A DNA stretch of 24,790 nucleotides, from contig CAZCXK010000049.1 of NCBI GenBank assembly GCA_964502605.1, forward strand, positions 1 to 24,790, given 5' to 3'. Under the pieces are notes generated by a model that saw only the letters and a program-made list of their open reading frames with translations, made no database searches and had not been told where the DNA came from. The first letter of the stretch is position 1; each line of letters opens with the position of its first letter. This DNA comes from an uncultured bacterium. GTDB lineage: Bacteria > Cyanobacteriota > Cyanobacteriia > CAZCXK01. The position numbers and the translations under genes are program-made. Shown here in pieces: positions 16,461 to 24,790 of this stretch.

Positions 16461-18674
16461 ATGGGCGAAAAGCTTGATTTTGTCGAGGTCAAATTAGATG
16501 GCGTTGGTGGTGTTGATGGTCTGGATGGTGCCTATAGCATTAGCATCAGTCCCGATGGCAAACATGTTTATGTGGCCGGAGATATTGATAATAAAGTTGC
16601 CGTATTCTCGCGCAATTTAGTAGACGGCACCCTTACCTTTGTCGAGGCTCTGGCCCACGGTGGTGATCCCAAGACCAGCCAGCCTCAGTTTGCTGGTGAC
16701 ACTGTTAGCGTTAGTCCAGACGGTGAGTTTGTCTATGCAACTAGCTTTTCGACTGATACCGTCACGGTGTTTGCTCGTAATGCAACTACCGGGGCACTGA
16801 CTCAGACTCAGGTGATTGCTGATTCTGGAGCCATCTCAAATTCTCTGCATGGCGTGTCTGGCATCCAAGTTAGCCCTGATGGCGAGTTTGCCTATGCTAC
16901 GGGCTATTTCAGTGATGCGATCGCCGTTTTTTCGCGCAACCCTACAACGGGCGCACTGACGTTTGTTCAACAGCAGAAGGATAATACCGCTGGTGTAGAC
17001 GGGTTAGACGGTGCTAGCAGCATCACCCTCAGCCCCGACGGAAAGTTTGTCTATGCCACAGGTGATAACGACAATGCGATCGCCGTTTTTTCGCGCAACG
17101 CAACGACCGGCTTGCTCACCTTTGTCGAGTTTCAAAAAGATAGTGTGGGCGGGGTTGATGGCCTCAGAGACGCCAGGAGCCTCAGCCTCAGCCCTGATGG
17201 CAAATTTGTTTATGCCGTGGGAGAAGGTGACGATGGCATTGCCGTATTTTCCCGGAATGCAACTACGGGTAGGCTCACCTTTGTTGAAGCTGTGAAAGAT
17301 GGTGTCAGCGGGGTCGATGGCCTTGATGGTGTCTATAATATCAACATCAGCTTAGACGGCAAGTTTGTCTATGCTGCAGGTAATAATGAAGACGCGATCG
17401 TCATGTTTTCGAGAAACACGACGACCGGGAAACTCACCTTTGTGAGAGTCCGCAAAAACAACGTGGATGGAGTCACAGGGCTAGATGGTGTGACCAACAT
17501 TCAAATTAGCCCCGATGGCAAGTTTTTCTATGCATCAGGCTACAACGACGACGCCATTTCGGTATTCTCAACCTTGGGCACCAATGCTCTACCGACATCT
17601 ACCAACGGCACGGTCACAGGTCTAGAAGATGCAATCTATCAGTTCAAGACGTCTGACTTTGCCTTTACTGATGCTGATGAGGGAGATACTTTTCAAACCC
17701 TAGAAATCACATCGCTAGAAACGGCGGGTAGTCTTTTCTTTGACGCTAACAACAATAATATTGAGAACTCTGGTGAAGCGGTCAGCCTCGGCCAAGTTAT
17801 TGCGGCTGCCAATCTCACCAACTTAAAATTTCGCCCGGTAGCCAATGCCTTTGGTAGCCCCTACGCCACCTTTGGATTCAAAGTTGGAGATGGGATTGAT
17901 TCTAGTGCTAGTGCCTACACGATGACGATCAACATTCTGGATCAGCCTGAACCCAGCCCCGGCGGTAGTGGTGGTAGTGGTGGCAGTAGTGGCAGCGGCA
18001 CTGGGCCACTCCAGTTTGGCGTGGCTCCTGACCCCATCAATTTCAGAGGGGGCAAGCGCGGTGCAAGATTAAAAGGGACAGGACGGGCAGATACGCTGCG
18101 CGGCACCAAAGCCAATGACACGCTGTTAGGTAAAGGCGGGGGCGATCGCCTGATTGCCAAGGGCGGTAAAGATATTGTCAAAGGTGGCGGCGGCAGTGAT
18201 TTGATCAAGGGTGGCGGTGGCAACGATCGCCTCTCTGGACAAGCGGGTAATGATACGATCAGTGGTGGTGGCGGGGATGATTTGCTGCAAGGAGGTGGTG
18301 GCAACGATCGCCTCAGAGGGGGCGGTGGTAACGATGTTTTAGTTGGTCAGAGAGGCGCTGACACTCTAATTGGCGGCGGTGGTGCCGATTTGTATGTTTT
18401 CAACAGCGTGGCCGATGGCATGGATACGATCATTGGCTTCCAAGTGGGGCAAGACCTGATCGACATCCGCTCAATTTTTGCCCAAAGTGCCTTTGCAGCA
18501 CCATCGCGCACTGCTCAGTTTCGACAGTTTGTCAAGATCGAACAGTTGGGTGTTAATACGGTGATTAGCCTCGACCAAGATGGCACTGGAGCGGGTACGG
18601 TGTTTCAACCCCTAGCCACATTGACCAATATTGCGGCGAGCACGGTGCAATCAACTAGCTTCGTAGTGGCCTGA
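16461..18674 (+). CDS. Beta-propeller (lactonase-type 7-bladed repeats) protein with a cadherin/Ig-like module and C-terminal RTX calcium-binding nonapeptide repeats (probable type I secretion substrate)
   Basis: There are at least 7 repeats of the type SPDGKFVYA.G..D.AIAVFSRN.TTG.LTFV. A Gly/Ser linker (GGSGGSGGSSGSG) follows. RTX GGxGxDxL repeats then appear (GGGGSDLIKGGGGNDRLSGQAGNDTISGGGGDDLLQGGGGNDRLRGGGGNDVL...), with an acidic/hydrophobic C-terminus and no N-terminal signal peptide. Confidence 0.85.
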   Translation: MGEKLDFVEVKLDGVGGVDGLDGAYSISISPDGKHVYVAGDIDNKVAVFSRNLVDGTLTFVEALAHGGDPKTSQPQFAGDTVSVSPDGEFVYATSFSTDTVTVFARNATTGALTQTQVIADSGAISNSLHGVSGIQVSPDGEFAYATGYFSDAIAVFSRNPTTGALTFVQQQKDNTAGVDGLDGASSITLSPDGKFVYATGDNDNAIAVFSRNATTGLLTFVEFQKDSVGGVDGLRDARSLSLSPDGKFVYAVGEGDDGIAVFSRNATTGRLTFVEAVKDGVSGVDGLDGVYNINISLDGKFVYAAGNNEDAIVMFSRNTTTGKLTFVRVRKNNVDGVTGLDGVTNIQISPDGKFFYASGYNDDAISVFSTLGTNALPTSTNGTVTGLEDAIYQFKTSDFAFTDADEGDTFQTLEITSLETAGSLFFDANNNNIENSGEAVSLGQVIAAANLTNLKFRPVANAFGSPYATFGFKVGDGIDSSASAYTMTINILDQPEPSPGGSGGSGGSSGSGTGPLQFGVAPDPINFRGGKRGARLKGTGRADTLRGTKANDTLLGKGGGDRLIAKGGKDIVKGGGGSDLIKGGGGNDRLSGQAGNDTISGGGGDDLLQGGGGNDRLRGGGGNDVLVGQRGADTLIGGGGADLYVFNSVADGMDTIIGFQVGQDLIDIRSIFAQSAFAAPSRTAQFRQFVKIEQLGVNTVISLDQDGTGAGTVFQPLATLTNIAASTVQSTSFVVA

Positions 18675-18800
18675 TTTATAGTAGATTTGATGTCTGCGAT
18701 CGGCAGGCCAGATGTGCAAATCTAGAATTTGTCACGGGCTGACTCAGTCTCCCCTCATCACGACATTGTATAGTTTTGTGATGGAGTGTGGTGAGGAAAT

Positions 18801-20801
18801 ATGGGTATGCAGATTCAAGATCGGTCTGCTGTGGCAGATCTGGAAGGGGCGATCGCCTCGAGTCAGGCCTATTTGTTATCCCAGCAATATGCAGAAGGCT
18901 ACTGGTGGGCCGAGCTAGAGTCAAATGTGACGATGGCGGCTGAGGTCGTCTTGCTGCACAAAATTTGGGGCACCGACCAAACCCGTCCGTTGCACAAAGT
19001 TGAACAATACTTGCGATCGCAACAGCGCGACCACGGTGGCTGGGAGCTATTTTATGGCGACGGGGGCCATCTGAGTAATTCCATCGAAGCCTATATGGCC
19101 TTGAAGCTATTGGGTGTTTCTGCTGCTGATGCTGCCATGGTGAAAGCCCGCCAATTTATCCTGGAGCGGGGCGGCATCACTCAAGCTAGAGTTTTTACCA
19201 AGCTGCATTTAGCGCTGATTGGTTGCTACGACTGGCGCGGGGTGCCGTCCATTCCCTCGTGGATTATGCTGCTACCCAATTCATTTCCCATTTATGAAAT
19301 GTCGAGTTGGGCTAGGGGCAGCACGGTGCCGCTGCTGATTGTGTTTGACCAGAAGCCAATTTACATCACCGCACCCGCCATTAATCTAGACGAGCTCTAC
19401 GTCGAAGGGCGCGCCAACGCAAATCTTGAATTTCCTAGCAGTGGCAACTGGACTGATACCTTCCTGTGGCTCGACAAGGCATTTAAATTTGCCGAAGATT
19501 TCAACCTCGTCCCCTTTCGTGAGGAGGGGCTGCGCGCCGCTGAAAAGTGGGTACTCGAACGGCAAGAAGAAACAGGCGACTGGGGCGGCATCATTCCGGC
19601 CATGCTCAATTCCTTATTGGCACTTCGCAGTCTGGGCTATGATCCTCAAGATCCGATTGTCGAGCGCGGTATGGCCTCGGTGGATCGGTTCGTCATCGAG
19701 ACACTTGACACCTATCAGGTGCAGCCTTGCGTTTCTCCAGTGTGGGATACGGCGTGGGTGATCCGCGCGTGCATTGATTCGGGCATGGCAGCGGATCATC
19801 CAGCGTTGGTCAGTGCGGGGCAGTGGCTGATTGATCAGCAGATTCTTGACTATGGCGATTGGGCCATCAAGAATAAGCGCGGTCGTCCCGGCGCTTGGGC
19901 CTTTGAATTTGTCAATCGCTGGTATCCTGATGTGGATGATTCGGCGGTCGTTGTGATGGCGCTGAGCCAGCTCCAGTTGCCCAACGAAGACATCAAATGG
20001 AAGGCGATCGCCCGTACAGTTGACTGGATCGCCACCATGCAGTGTAAACCCGGCGGCTGGGGCGCATTTGATCTCGACAATGATCATGAATGGCTAAATG
20101 GCCTACCCTATGCCGATCTGAAAGCCATGATTGACCCTAACACGGCTGATGTGACCGCCCGCGTCGTTGAAATGCTGGGATACTTGAAAGGCGATCGCCC
20201 TGCTAAACTTTCTAATCCCATTTTGCCGACCCAAACGGCTCCTTATGCTCACATTCCAACACTACTGCCAACGCTAGCATCGCCGCATCCGTTCCGGCTG
20301 ACTCACGCCCTTGCCTATCTTGCCGCCGAGCAGGAAGACGAAGGCTGCTGGTTTGGTCGCTGGGGCGTCAACTATATCTATGGCACGAGCGGCGTCTTAT
20401 CAGCATTAGCACTGATGGCACCCAACACCCATCAGCAGGCCATCGAGCGTGGAGTCGCTTGGCTGGTGAGCTGCCAAAACGCTGACGGCGGCTGGGGTGA
20501 AACCTGCTTTAGCTACAATGACCCGGCACTCAAAGGCCGTGGCGACAGCACAGCCTCCCAAACCGCATGGGCGTTGATTGGCCTGTTGGCTGCCGCTGAT
20601 GCAACAGAGTATCCTGCAACAGACGCACTCCAGAAGGGCGTTCGCTATCTACTCGCAACCCAACTCGCCGATGGTCGCTGGGATGAACCCTATTTCACCG
20701 GAACAGGCTTCCCCGGTCATTTCTATCTGAAATATCACATGTATCAGCAGTATTTTCCACTGATGGCATTGGGACAATATCAGGCTCGGTTTGCCAGGTA
20801 A
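18801..20801 (+). CDS. shc: Squalene-hopene cyclase
   Basis: Multiple QW (QxxxGxW) repeats are present, as is the catalytic DxDD motif (WYPDVDDSAVVVMAL). The N-terminus IQDRSAVADLEGAIASSQAYLLSQQ is typical of SHC, and the 666-aa length fits. Confidence 0.9.
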   Translation: MGMQIQDRSAVADLEGAIASSQAYLLSQQYAEGYWWAELESNVTMAAEVVLLHKIWGTDQTRPLHKVEQYLRSQQRDHGGWELFYGDGGHLSNSIEAYMALKLLGVSAADAAMVKARQFILERGGITQARVFTKLHLALIGCYDWRGVPSIPSWIMLLPNSFPIYEMSSWARGSTVPLLIVFDQKPIYITAPAINLDELYVEGRANANLEFPSSGNWTDTFLWLDKAFKFAEDFNLVPFREEGLRAAEKWVLERQEETGDWGGIIPAMLNSLLALRSLGYDPQDPIVERGMASVDRFVIETLDTYQVQPCVSPVWDTAWVIRACIDSGMAADHPALVSAGQWLIDQQILDYGDWAIKNKRGRPGAWAFEFVNRWYPDVDDSAVVVMALSQLQLPNEDIKWKAIARTVDWIATMQCKPGGWGAFDLDNDHEWLNGLPYADLKAMIDPNTADVTARVVEMLGYLKGDRPAKLSNPILPTQTAPYAHIPTLLPTLASPHPFRLTHALAYLAAEQEDEGCWFGRWGVNYIYGTSGVLSALALMAPNTHQQAIERGVAWLVSCQNADGGWGETCFSYNDPALKGRGDSTASQTAWALIGLLAAADATEYPATDALQKGVRYLLATQLADGRWDEPYFTGTGFPGHFYLKYHMYQQYFPLMALGQYQARFAR

Positions 20802-20938
20802 AGTACTTAGAACAGCCGATATGCATGAGTCTTCAACTATCTAATCCCATGTAAAACGTGGGGTACTTGCGTCTCAGTTGGTTCTCAGGATTCTATGTGA
20901 AGATGCAAGCAACACGCTACTTAGTAGGATGGTGCAGC

Positions 20939-21394
20939 ATGACAACCAGCACTCAATATCAGCGCATCCGATCGAATTGGACAGTTGAAGACTTGCATCG
21001 GCGCGTTTCTCTAACGCTATTGCTGACGCGCATCAGCATCTTCATCATGATGATAATTTGGGTGATTGATAAATTCGTCAATCCTCGACATTTTGCTGCC
21101 GTTTCAGCAGGGTTTTATGGCATCAGCGGTATGAGTAATGTGGCAGCCCATATTGCAGGAGCGATTCAACTGGCAATTGTAATTGGGTTTGTATTGGGGT
21201 TTCGCAAACGCATTACCTACGGGTTGGTGTTCCTAATGCACGCTGCCTCGACGGTGATCTCCTATAAGCAATATCTCAGCCCATTCGCCGCAGATAGCCC
21301 CAACATCTTATTTTTTGCCGCATGGCCTGTGCTAGCAGCCTGTTTCGCACTTTATTATCTGCGCGACTTAGACACACGCTTGGCAATTGATTGA
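20939..21394 (+). CDS. Small integral membrane protein (hypothetical, 3-4 transmembrane helices)
   Basis: The ORF track starts at 20858, but the N-terminal 27 aa there look like non-coding read-through. The internal ATG at 20939 (MTTSTQYQRIRSNW...) gives a 151-aa hydrophobic protein immediately downstream of shc. Confidence 0.5.
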   Translation: MTTSTQYQRIRSNWTVEDLHRRVSLTLLLTRISIFIMMIIWVIDKFVNPRHFAAVSAGFYGISGMSNVAAHIAGAIQLAIVIGFVLGFRKRITYGLVFLMHAASTVISYKQYLSPFAADSPNILFFAAWPVLAACFALYYLRDLDTRLAID

Positions 21395-21498
21395 TTGACG
21401 GGCGATCGCCAACTATGGCTCTTGATGGTATCTGCTTGGGGGCTCTAGCAGAAAAAATGTTAGCAAGTAGAGAGCATTAGACCGACTTCAATCCATCA

Positions 21499-24120
21499 TC
21501 AGGTCGTCAGCAGCTCTGATGGAAGTCGCTTAAACGATAGCCGTTCGTTTTCAACATCTCCAAAGATGGTATCACCATCATGAAACTCACCTCGCAAGAT
21601 AGACTTGGCAATTTGGGTTTCTAGTTCTCGTTGAATGGCACGCTTCAGCGGACGCGCCCCATAGACGGGGTCGTAGCCTACTTCAGCTAAGAAGTCGAGG
21701 GCTGCATCGGTGAGACGCAGTGACATTTTCTTCTCATCGAGACGGTGCGATAGCCGCTGCACTTGCAACTTGACGATCTCGCGTAGTTGCTCTTTCTTGA
21801 GACTATGGAAAATGATGGCCTCATCAATGCGGTTGAGAAATTCGGGACGGAAGCTGCTTCGCATGGCATCCATCACCCGGCTGTGCATCTCATCGTAGCG
21901 GTCATCATCTCCAGCTAGGTCGAGAATAAACTGGGAGCCGATGTTGCTAGTCATGATGATGATGGTATTTTTGAAGTCAACCGTGTGCCCTTGGGCATCG
22001 GTCATGCGGCCATCATCTAGGATTTGCAACATGATATTAAACACATCGGGGTGAGCTTTCTCGATTTCGTCAAACAGAATCACCGAATAGGGGCGGCGGC
22101 GCACAGCTTCGGTGAGCTGGCCGCCTTCATCGTAGCCGACATATCCCGGAGGTGCGCCCACAAGCCGGGAGACGGAGTGTTTCTCCATATATTCAGACAT
22201 GTCAATGCGAACCATGGCCTCTTCAGTATCAAACAGATAGACCGCGATCGCCTTGGCTAGTTCTGTTTTACCGACACCCGTTGGCCCCAAGAAGATAAAA
22301 CTAGCCGTGGGGCGGTTGGGGTCAGCTAGGCCAGCCCGCGATCGCTGAATCGCATCGGCCACAGCAGTGACCGCCTCCTCCTGGCCAACAACGCGCTGGT
22401 GCAGTTCGTCTTCAAGGTTGAGCAGCTTTTGCATCTCTGACTCAACCAGCTTGCTAATGGGGATGCCCGTCCACTTAGAGATGATTTCGGCGATATCAGC
22501 TTCTGTCACCTCTTCTCGCAGGAGCGATCGCCCACTTTTTTGCACCTCAGCCAGCTTCGACTCAGTATCTTCGAGCTTACGCTGCAGGTCGGTGAGTTTG
22601 CCATAGCGCAATTCAGCAGCGCGGTTGAGATCATAGTCGCGCTCAGCCTTTGGGATTTCGACGTTGACGATATGGTCGATTTCTTGCTTGAGGCCACTGC
22701 GCTGATCAAGAATGTCTTTCTCAGCCTGCCATTGGGCGTTGAGGGCTGTCTGGTCTTCTTTGAGGTCAGCCAGTTCGCGGTCGAGGCGTTCGCGGCGCTC
22801 CAATGAGGCGGGGTCAGTTTCTTTTTGCAGCGATAGCCGCTCCATTTCAAGCTGAAGGATCTTGCGATCGACCTCATCCAGTTCTTCGGGCTTTGAGGTG
22901 CTCTCCATCTTCAGCTTGGCAGCAGATTCGTCAACTAAGTCAATTGCTTTGTCAGGCAAAAAGCGATCGCTGATATAGCGAGTCGATAGCGTGGCAGCAG
23001 CAACTAGGGCGCTGTCAGCAATTTTGACGTTGTGATGAGTTTCGTAGCGATCTTTTAGCCCCCGCAAAATCGAGATTGTATCTTCAACCGTGGGCTGATC
23101 GACATAGACCTGCTGAAACCGCCGCTCTAGGGCGGCATCTTTCTCGATATATTTGCGATATTCGTCTAGGGTGGTCGCACCAATGCAGCGCAGCTCACCG
23201 CGTGCCAGCATCGGCTTTAGCAGGTTGCCAGCATCCATGGAGCCTTGGGTAGCCCCAGCCCCAACCACCGTATGAATCTCGTCAATGAACAGAATAATCT
23301 GCCCCTCGGAGTCAGTCACTTCTTTGAGCACGGCCTTGAGGCGTTCTTCAAACTCGCCCCGATATTTGGCTCCGGCGATCAAAGCTCCCATATCAAGCGC
23401 CATCAACTTGCGATCGCGCAGAGATTCGGGCACGTCGCCGCTGATGATGCGCTGAGCTAGACCTTCGGCGATCGCCGTCTTACCAACACCGGGTTCGCCA
23501 ATGAGCACCGGGTTATTTTTGGTGCGCCGCGACAAAATCTGAATGGTGCGGCGAATTTCGTCGTCACGGCCAATCACGGGGTCAAGCTTGCCCTGACGGG
23601 CAGATTCCGTCAGATCGCGCCCATACTTTTCTAATGCCTGATATTTGCCTTCTGGATTTTGATCCGTCACCGTCTGATTACCTCGAACCTGATCGATGGT
23701 TTCCCGCAATGTTTTCTCATCTAGTTTAAATTCCTGGAACAGTGCTTTACCAAAGCGATCGTCTTTGGCATAGCCTAACAGCAGATGCTCAATTGCAATG
23801 TAGTCGTCTTTATATGATTTGCGATAGTCTTCGGCGCGATCAAGCAGCAGATCCAGCGATCGCCCCAGATAGACCGATGAGCCGCTGCCCGACACTTTAG
23901 GCTGGCGGTCAATAAACTGCTGAGTATAGTCGCGCAGCTTTTGCACAGCCGCGCCCAGTTTATTAAAAATGCTGGCGGCCAGCCCCTCTTGCTCTAGCAG
24001 CGATCGCATCAGATGCTCACTTTCGATTTGCTGCTGCTGGGCTTGTTTAACAATATCAGGGGTGCGGGCGATCGCTTCCCAGGCTTTTTCAGTAAATTGG
24101 TTTGGATTAGTGGGTTGCAT
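21499..24120 (-). CDS. clpB: ATP-dependent chaperone ClpB (Hsp100 disaggregase)
   Basis: The N-terminus ([46 protein letters not shown]) is a Clp N domain. Two AAA+ modules are present ([18 protein letters not shown]..., [15 protein letters not shown]...) with Walker A/B motifs. A long middle coiled-coil domain separates them, which distinguishes ClpB from ClpA/C. The protein is 873 aa. Confidence 0.95.
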   Translation of the reverse strand: MQPTNPNQFTEKAWEAIARTPDIVKQAQQQQIESEHLMRSLLEQEGLAASIFNKLGAAVQKLRDYTQQFIDRQPKVSGSGSSVYLGRSLDLLLDRAEDYRKSYKDDYIAIEHLLLGYAKDDRFGKALFQEFKLDEKTLRETIDQVRGNQTVTDQNPEGKYQALEKYGRDLTESARQGKLDPVIGRDDEIRRTIQILSRRTKNNPVLIGEPGVGKTAIAEGLAQRIISGDVPESLRDRKLMALDMGALIAGAKYRGEFEERLKAVLKEVTDSEGQIILFIDEIHTVVGAGATQGSMDAGNLLKPMLARGELRCIGATTLDEYRKYIEKDAALERRFQQVYVDQPTVEDTISILRGLKDRYETHHNVKIADSALVAAATLSTRYISDRFLPDKAIDLVDESAAKLKMESTSKPEELDEVDRKILQLEMERLSLQKETDPASLERRERLDRELADLKEDQTALNAQWQAEKDILDQRSGLKQEIDHIVNVEIPKAERDYDLNRAAELRYGKLTDLQRKLEDTESKLAEVQKSGRSLLREEVTEADIAEIISKWTGIPISKLVESEMQKLLNLEDELHQRVVGQEEAVTAVADAIQRSRAGLADPNRPTASFIFLGPTGVGKTELAKAIAVYLFDTEEAMVRIDMSEYMEKHSVSRLVGAPPGYVGYDEGGQLTEAVRRRPYSVILFDEIEKAHPDVFNIMLQILDDGRMTDAQGHTVDFKNTIIIMTSNIGSQFILDLAGDDDRYDEMHSRVMDAMRSSFRPEFLNRIDEAIIFHSLKKEQLREIVKLQVQRLSHRLDEKKMSLRLTDAALDFLAEVGYDPVYGARPLKRAIQRELETQIAKSILRGEFHDGDTIFGDVENERLSFKRLPSELLTT

Positions 24121-24315
24121 ACGACAAATTGAGAACTAGAAACTGATGATCGAAGTAGAGCGGTTGAGGGTTGAGGGTTGAGGTTCAGGATGTATGCCAC
24201 AGATGCGAATGGATAGATTGCTCTAGTATCGACAGCGTATCCGCTTGGGCAGCGACTCTCTGTCAAAAGACCCGAAACGCTCCTGCTATAAAATGCAGCC
24301 TTTGGCATACTCCTG

Positions 24316-24332
24316 AGGTTAACAGTTAACCT
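24316..24332. promoter_or_regulatory. Perfect 8-1-8 palindrome AGGTTAACaGTTAACCT upstream of clpB
   Basis: The palindrome is read directly. It lies about 200 bp upstream of the clpB start codon and may be an operator or hairpin. Confidence 0.35.
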
Positions 24333-24715
24333 GTGAGCCAGCCCTTGAAACCCGCGAGCAGATGTTGAGACAGGGGCTAAACCTCTTGCAAGTGTAGAAC
24401 TGGAGCTTTATCTGTGGGAAAACTCTAGCCCCCAAGCTAGACGCAGTTTCATTCAGAATTCAGAACTCAAGACTCAAGACTCAACATCGAACCTGTGTGT
24501 AATGCATTCATTGTAGAGAAGAACGCAAACTCATCAAGATCGGTGTTCACACCCTGAGCACTAGGTATTGCCGCCCCAGCCAACGATCGGCAGGCCAATT
24601 GCCATGCAGTCATTTGATTCATGCAGGCGATGGATACATCACGATCGAGGCAAACTCAATGCAACATCCGCTGGGATTGCAACAAGCAGGTGATTGATAA
24701 GAAATGCTTTGGTTA

Positions 24716-24790
24716 AACTCGATGCGCTATAAGCTGTGATTGAAACGCGCGCACTGTAACTCGATTCGCAATGAGCTGTGATTGAAACGC
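24716..24790. repeat. Tandem repeat of period 42 bp (two copies of 33 bp, AACTCGATKCGCWATRAGCTGTGATTGAAACGC), cut by the 3' window edge
   Basis: The first copy is aactcgatgcgctataagctgtgattgaaacgc (24716-24748), followed by 9 bp. The second copy is aactcgattcgcaatgagctgtgattgaaacgc (24758-24790). Each copy ends in GATTGAAAC, which resembles the 3' end of many CRISPR repeats. Confidence 0.7.

Noticed and set aside
19397-20087. Several ORFs of 70-157 aa on both strands inside shc
   Set aside because: They lie within a squalene-hopene cyclase reading frame carrying all family motifs. They are shadow ORFs.
21687-23460. Small ORFs on both strands inside clpB
   Set aside because: They lie within and antisense to an unambiguous 873-aa ClpB gene. 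They are shadow ORFs.
24009-24308. 99-aa minus-strand ORF overlapping the clpB start and upstream region
   Set aside because: It reads through the clpB start codon region in another frame. It has low-complexity, Ser-rich composition and no ribosome-binding site, so it is most likely non-coding promoter DNA.
24716-24790. Possible start of a CRISPR array: repeat units ending in GATTGAAAC at the window edge
   Set aside because: Only two units are visible. The shared sequence is 33 bp with just 9 bp between units. If the repeat were defined as shorter, the intervening so-called spacers would be near-identical to each other. CRISPR arrays have unique spacers of about 30-40 bp. No cas genes lie in the window. 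I report it as a tandem repeat instead and flag that downstream sequence is needed.

Overview
This 24.8-kb window is almost certainly cyanobacterial chromosome. The HIP1 octamer GCGATCGC occurs dozens of times, and several proteins have cyanobacterial-type architectures. It mixes housekeeping genes with accessory-looking modules. On the plus strand are an SPFH/flotillin gene (94-1401), an FKBP peptidyl-prolyl isomerase (6682-7380), a phasin-like coiled-coil protein (6227-6550), a large multi-domain GH9 cellulase with two CBM2 modules and a Calx-beta module (12672-15332), a beta-propeller protein with C-terminal RTX repeats (16461-18674), squalene-hopene cyclase (18801-20801) and a small membrane protein (20939-21394). 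On the minus strand are a higB toxin gene (2708-2998) and, downstream of it, an unusual 364-aa HigA-type HTH antitoxin fused to an ImmA/IrrE (COG2856) HEXXH metallopeptidase (1589-2683). Also on the minus strand are a zinc-ribbon Ser/Thr kinase with C-terminal WD40 repeats (3352-5277), a Cys-rich zinc-ribbon membrane protein (5553-5906), a probable operon of a degenerate ADP-ribosylglycohydrolase-like protein (10520-11593) and a 7TM-HD (PgpH-type) phosphohydrolase (7824-10385), and clpB (21499-24120). I found no rRNA or tRNA genes and no transposases or integrases. No convincing CRISPR array is present, but a two-copy tandem repeat ending in GATTGAAAC is cut by the 3' window edge. There are several tandem repeats in promoter regions and a nearly 1-kb ORF-free, lower-GC region upstream of the cellulase gene. 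The most unusual items are the higB / higA-peptidase module, the ORF-free region with a 15-bp tandem array next to the ARH-like / 7TM-HD pair, and the apparently leaderless secreted GH9 cellulase with its neighbouring RTX protein.
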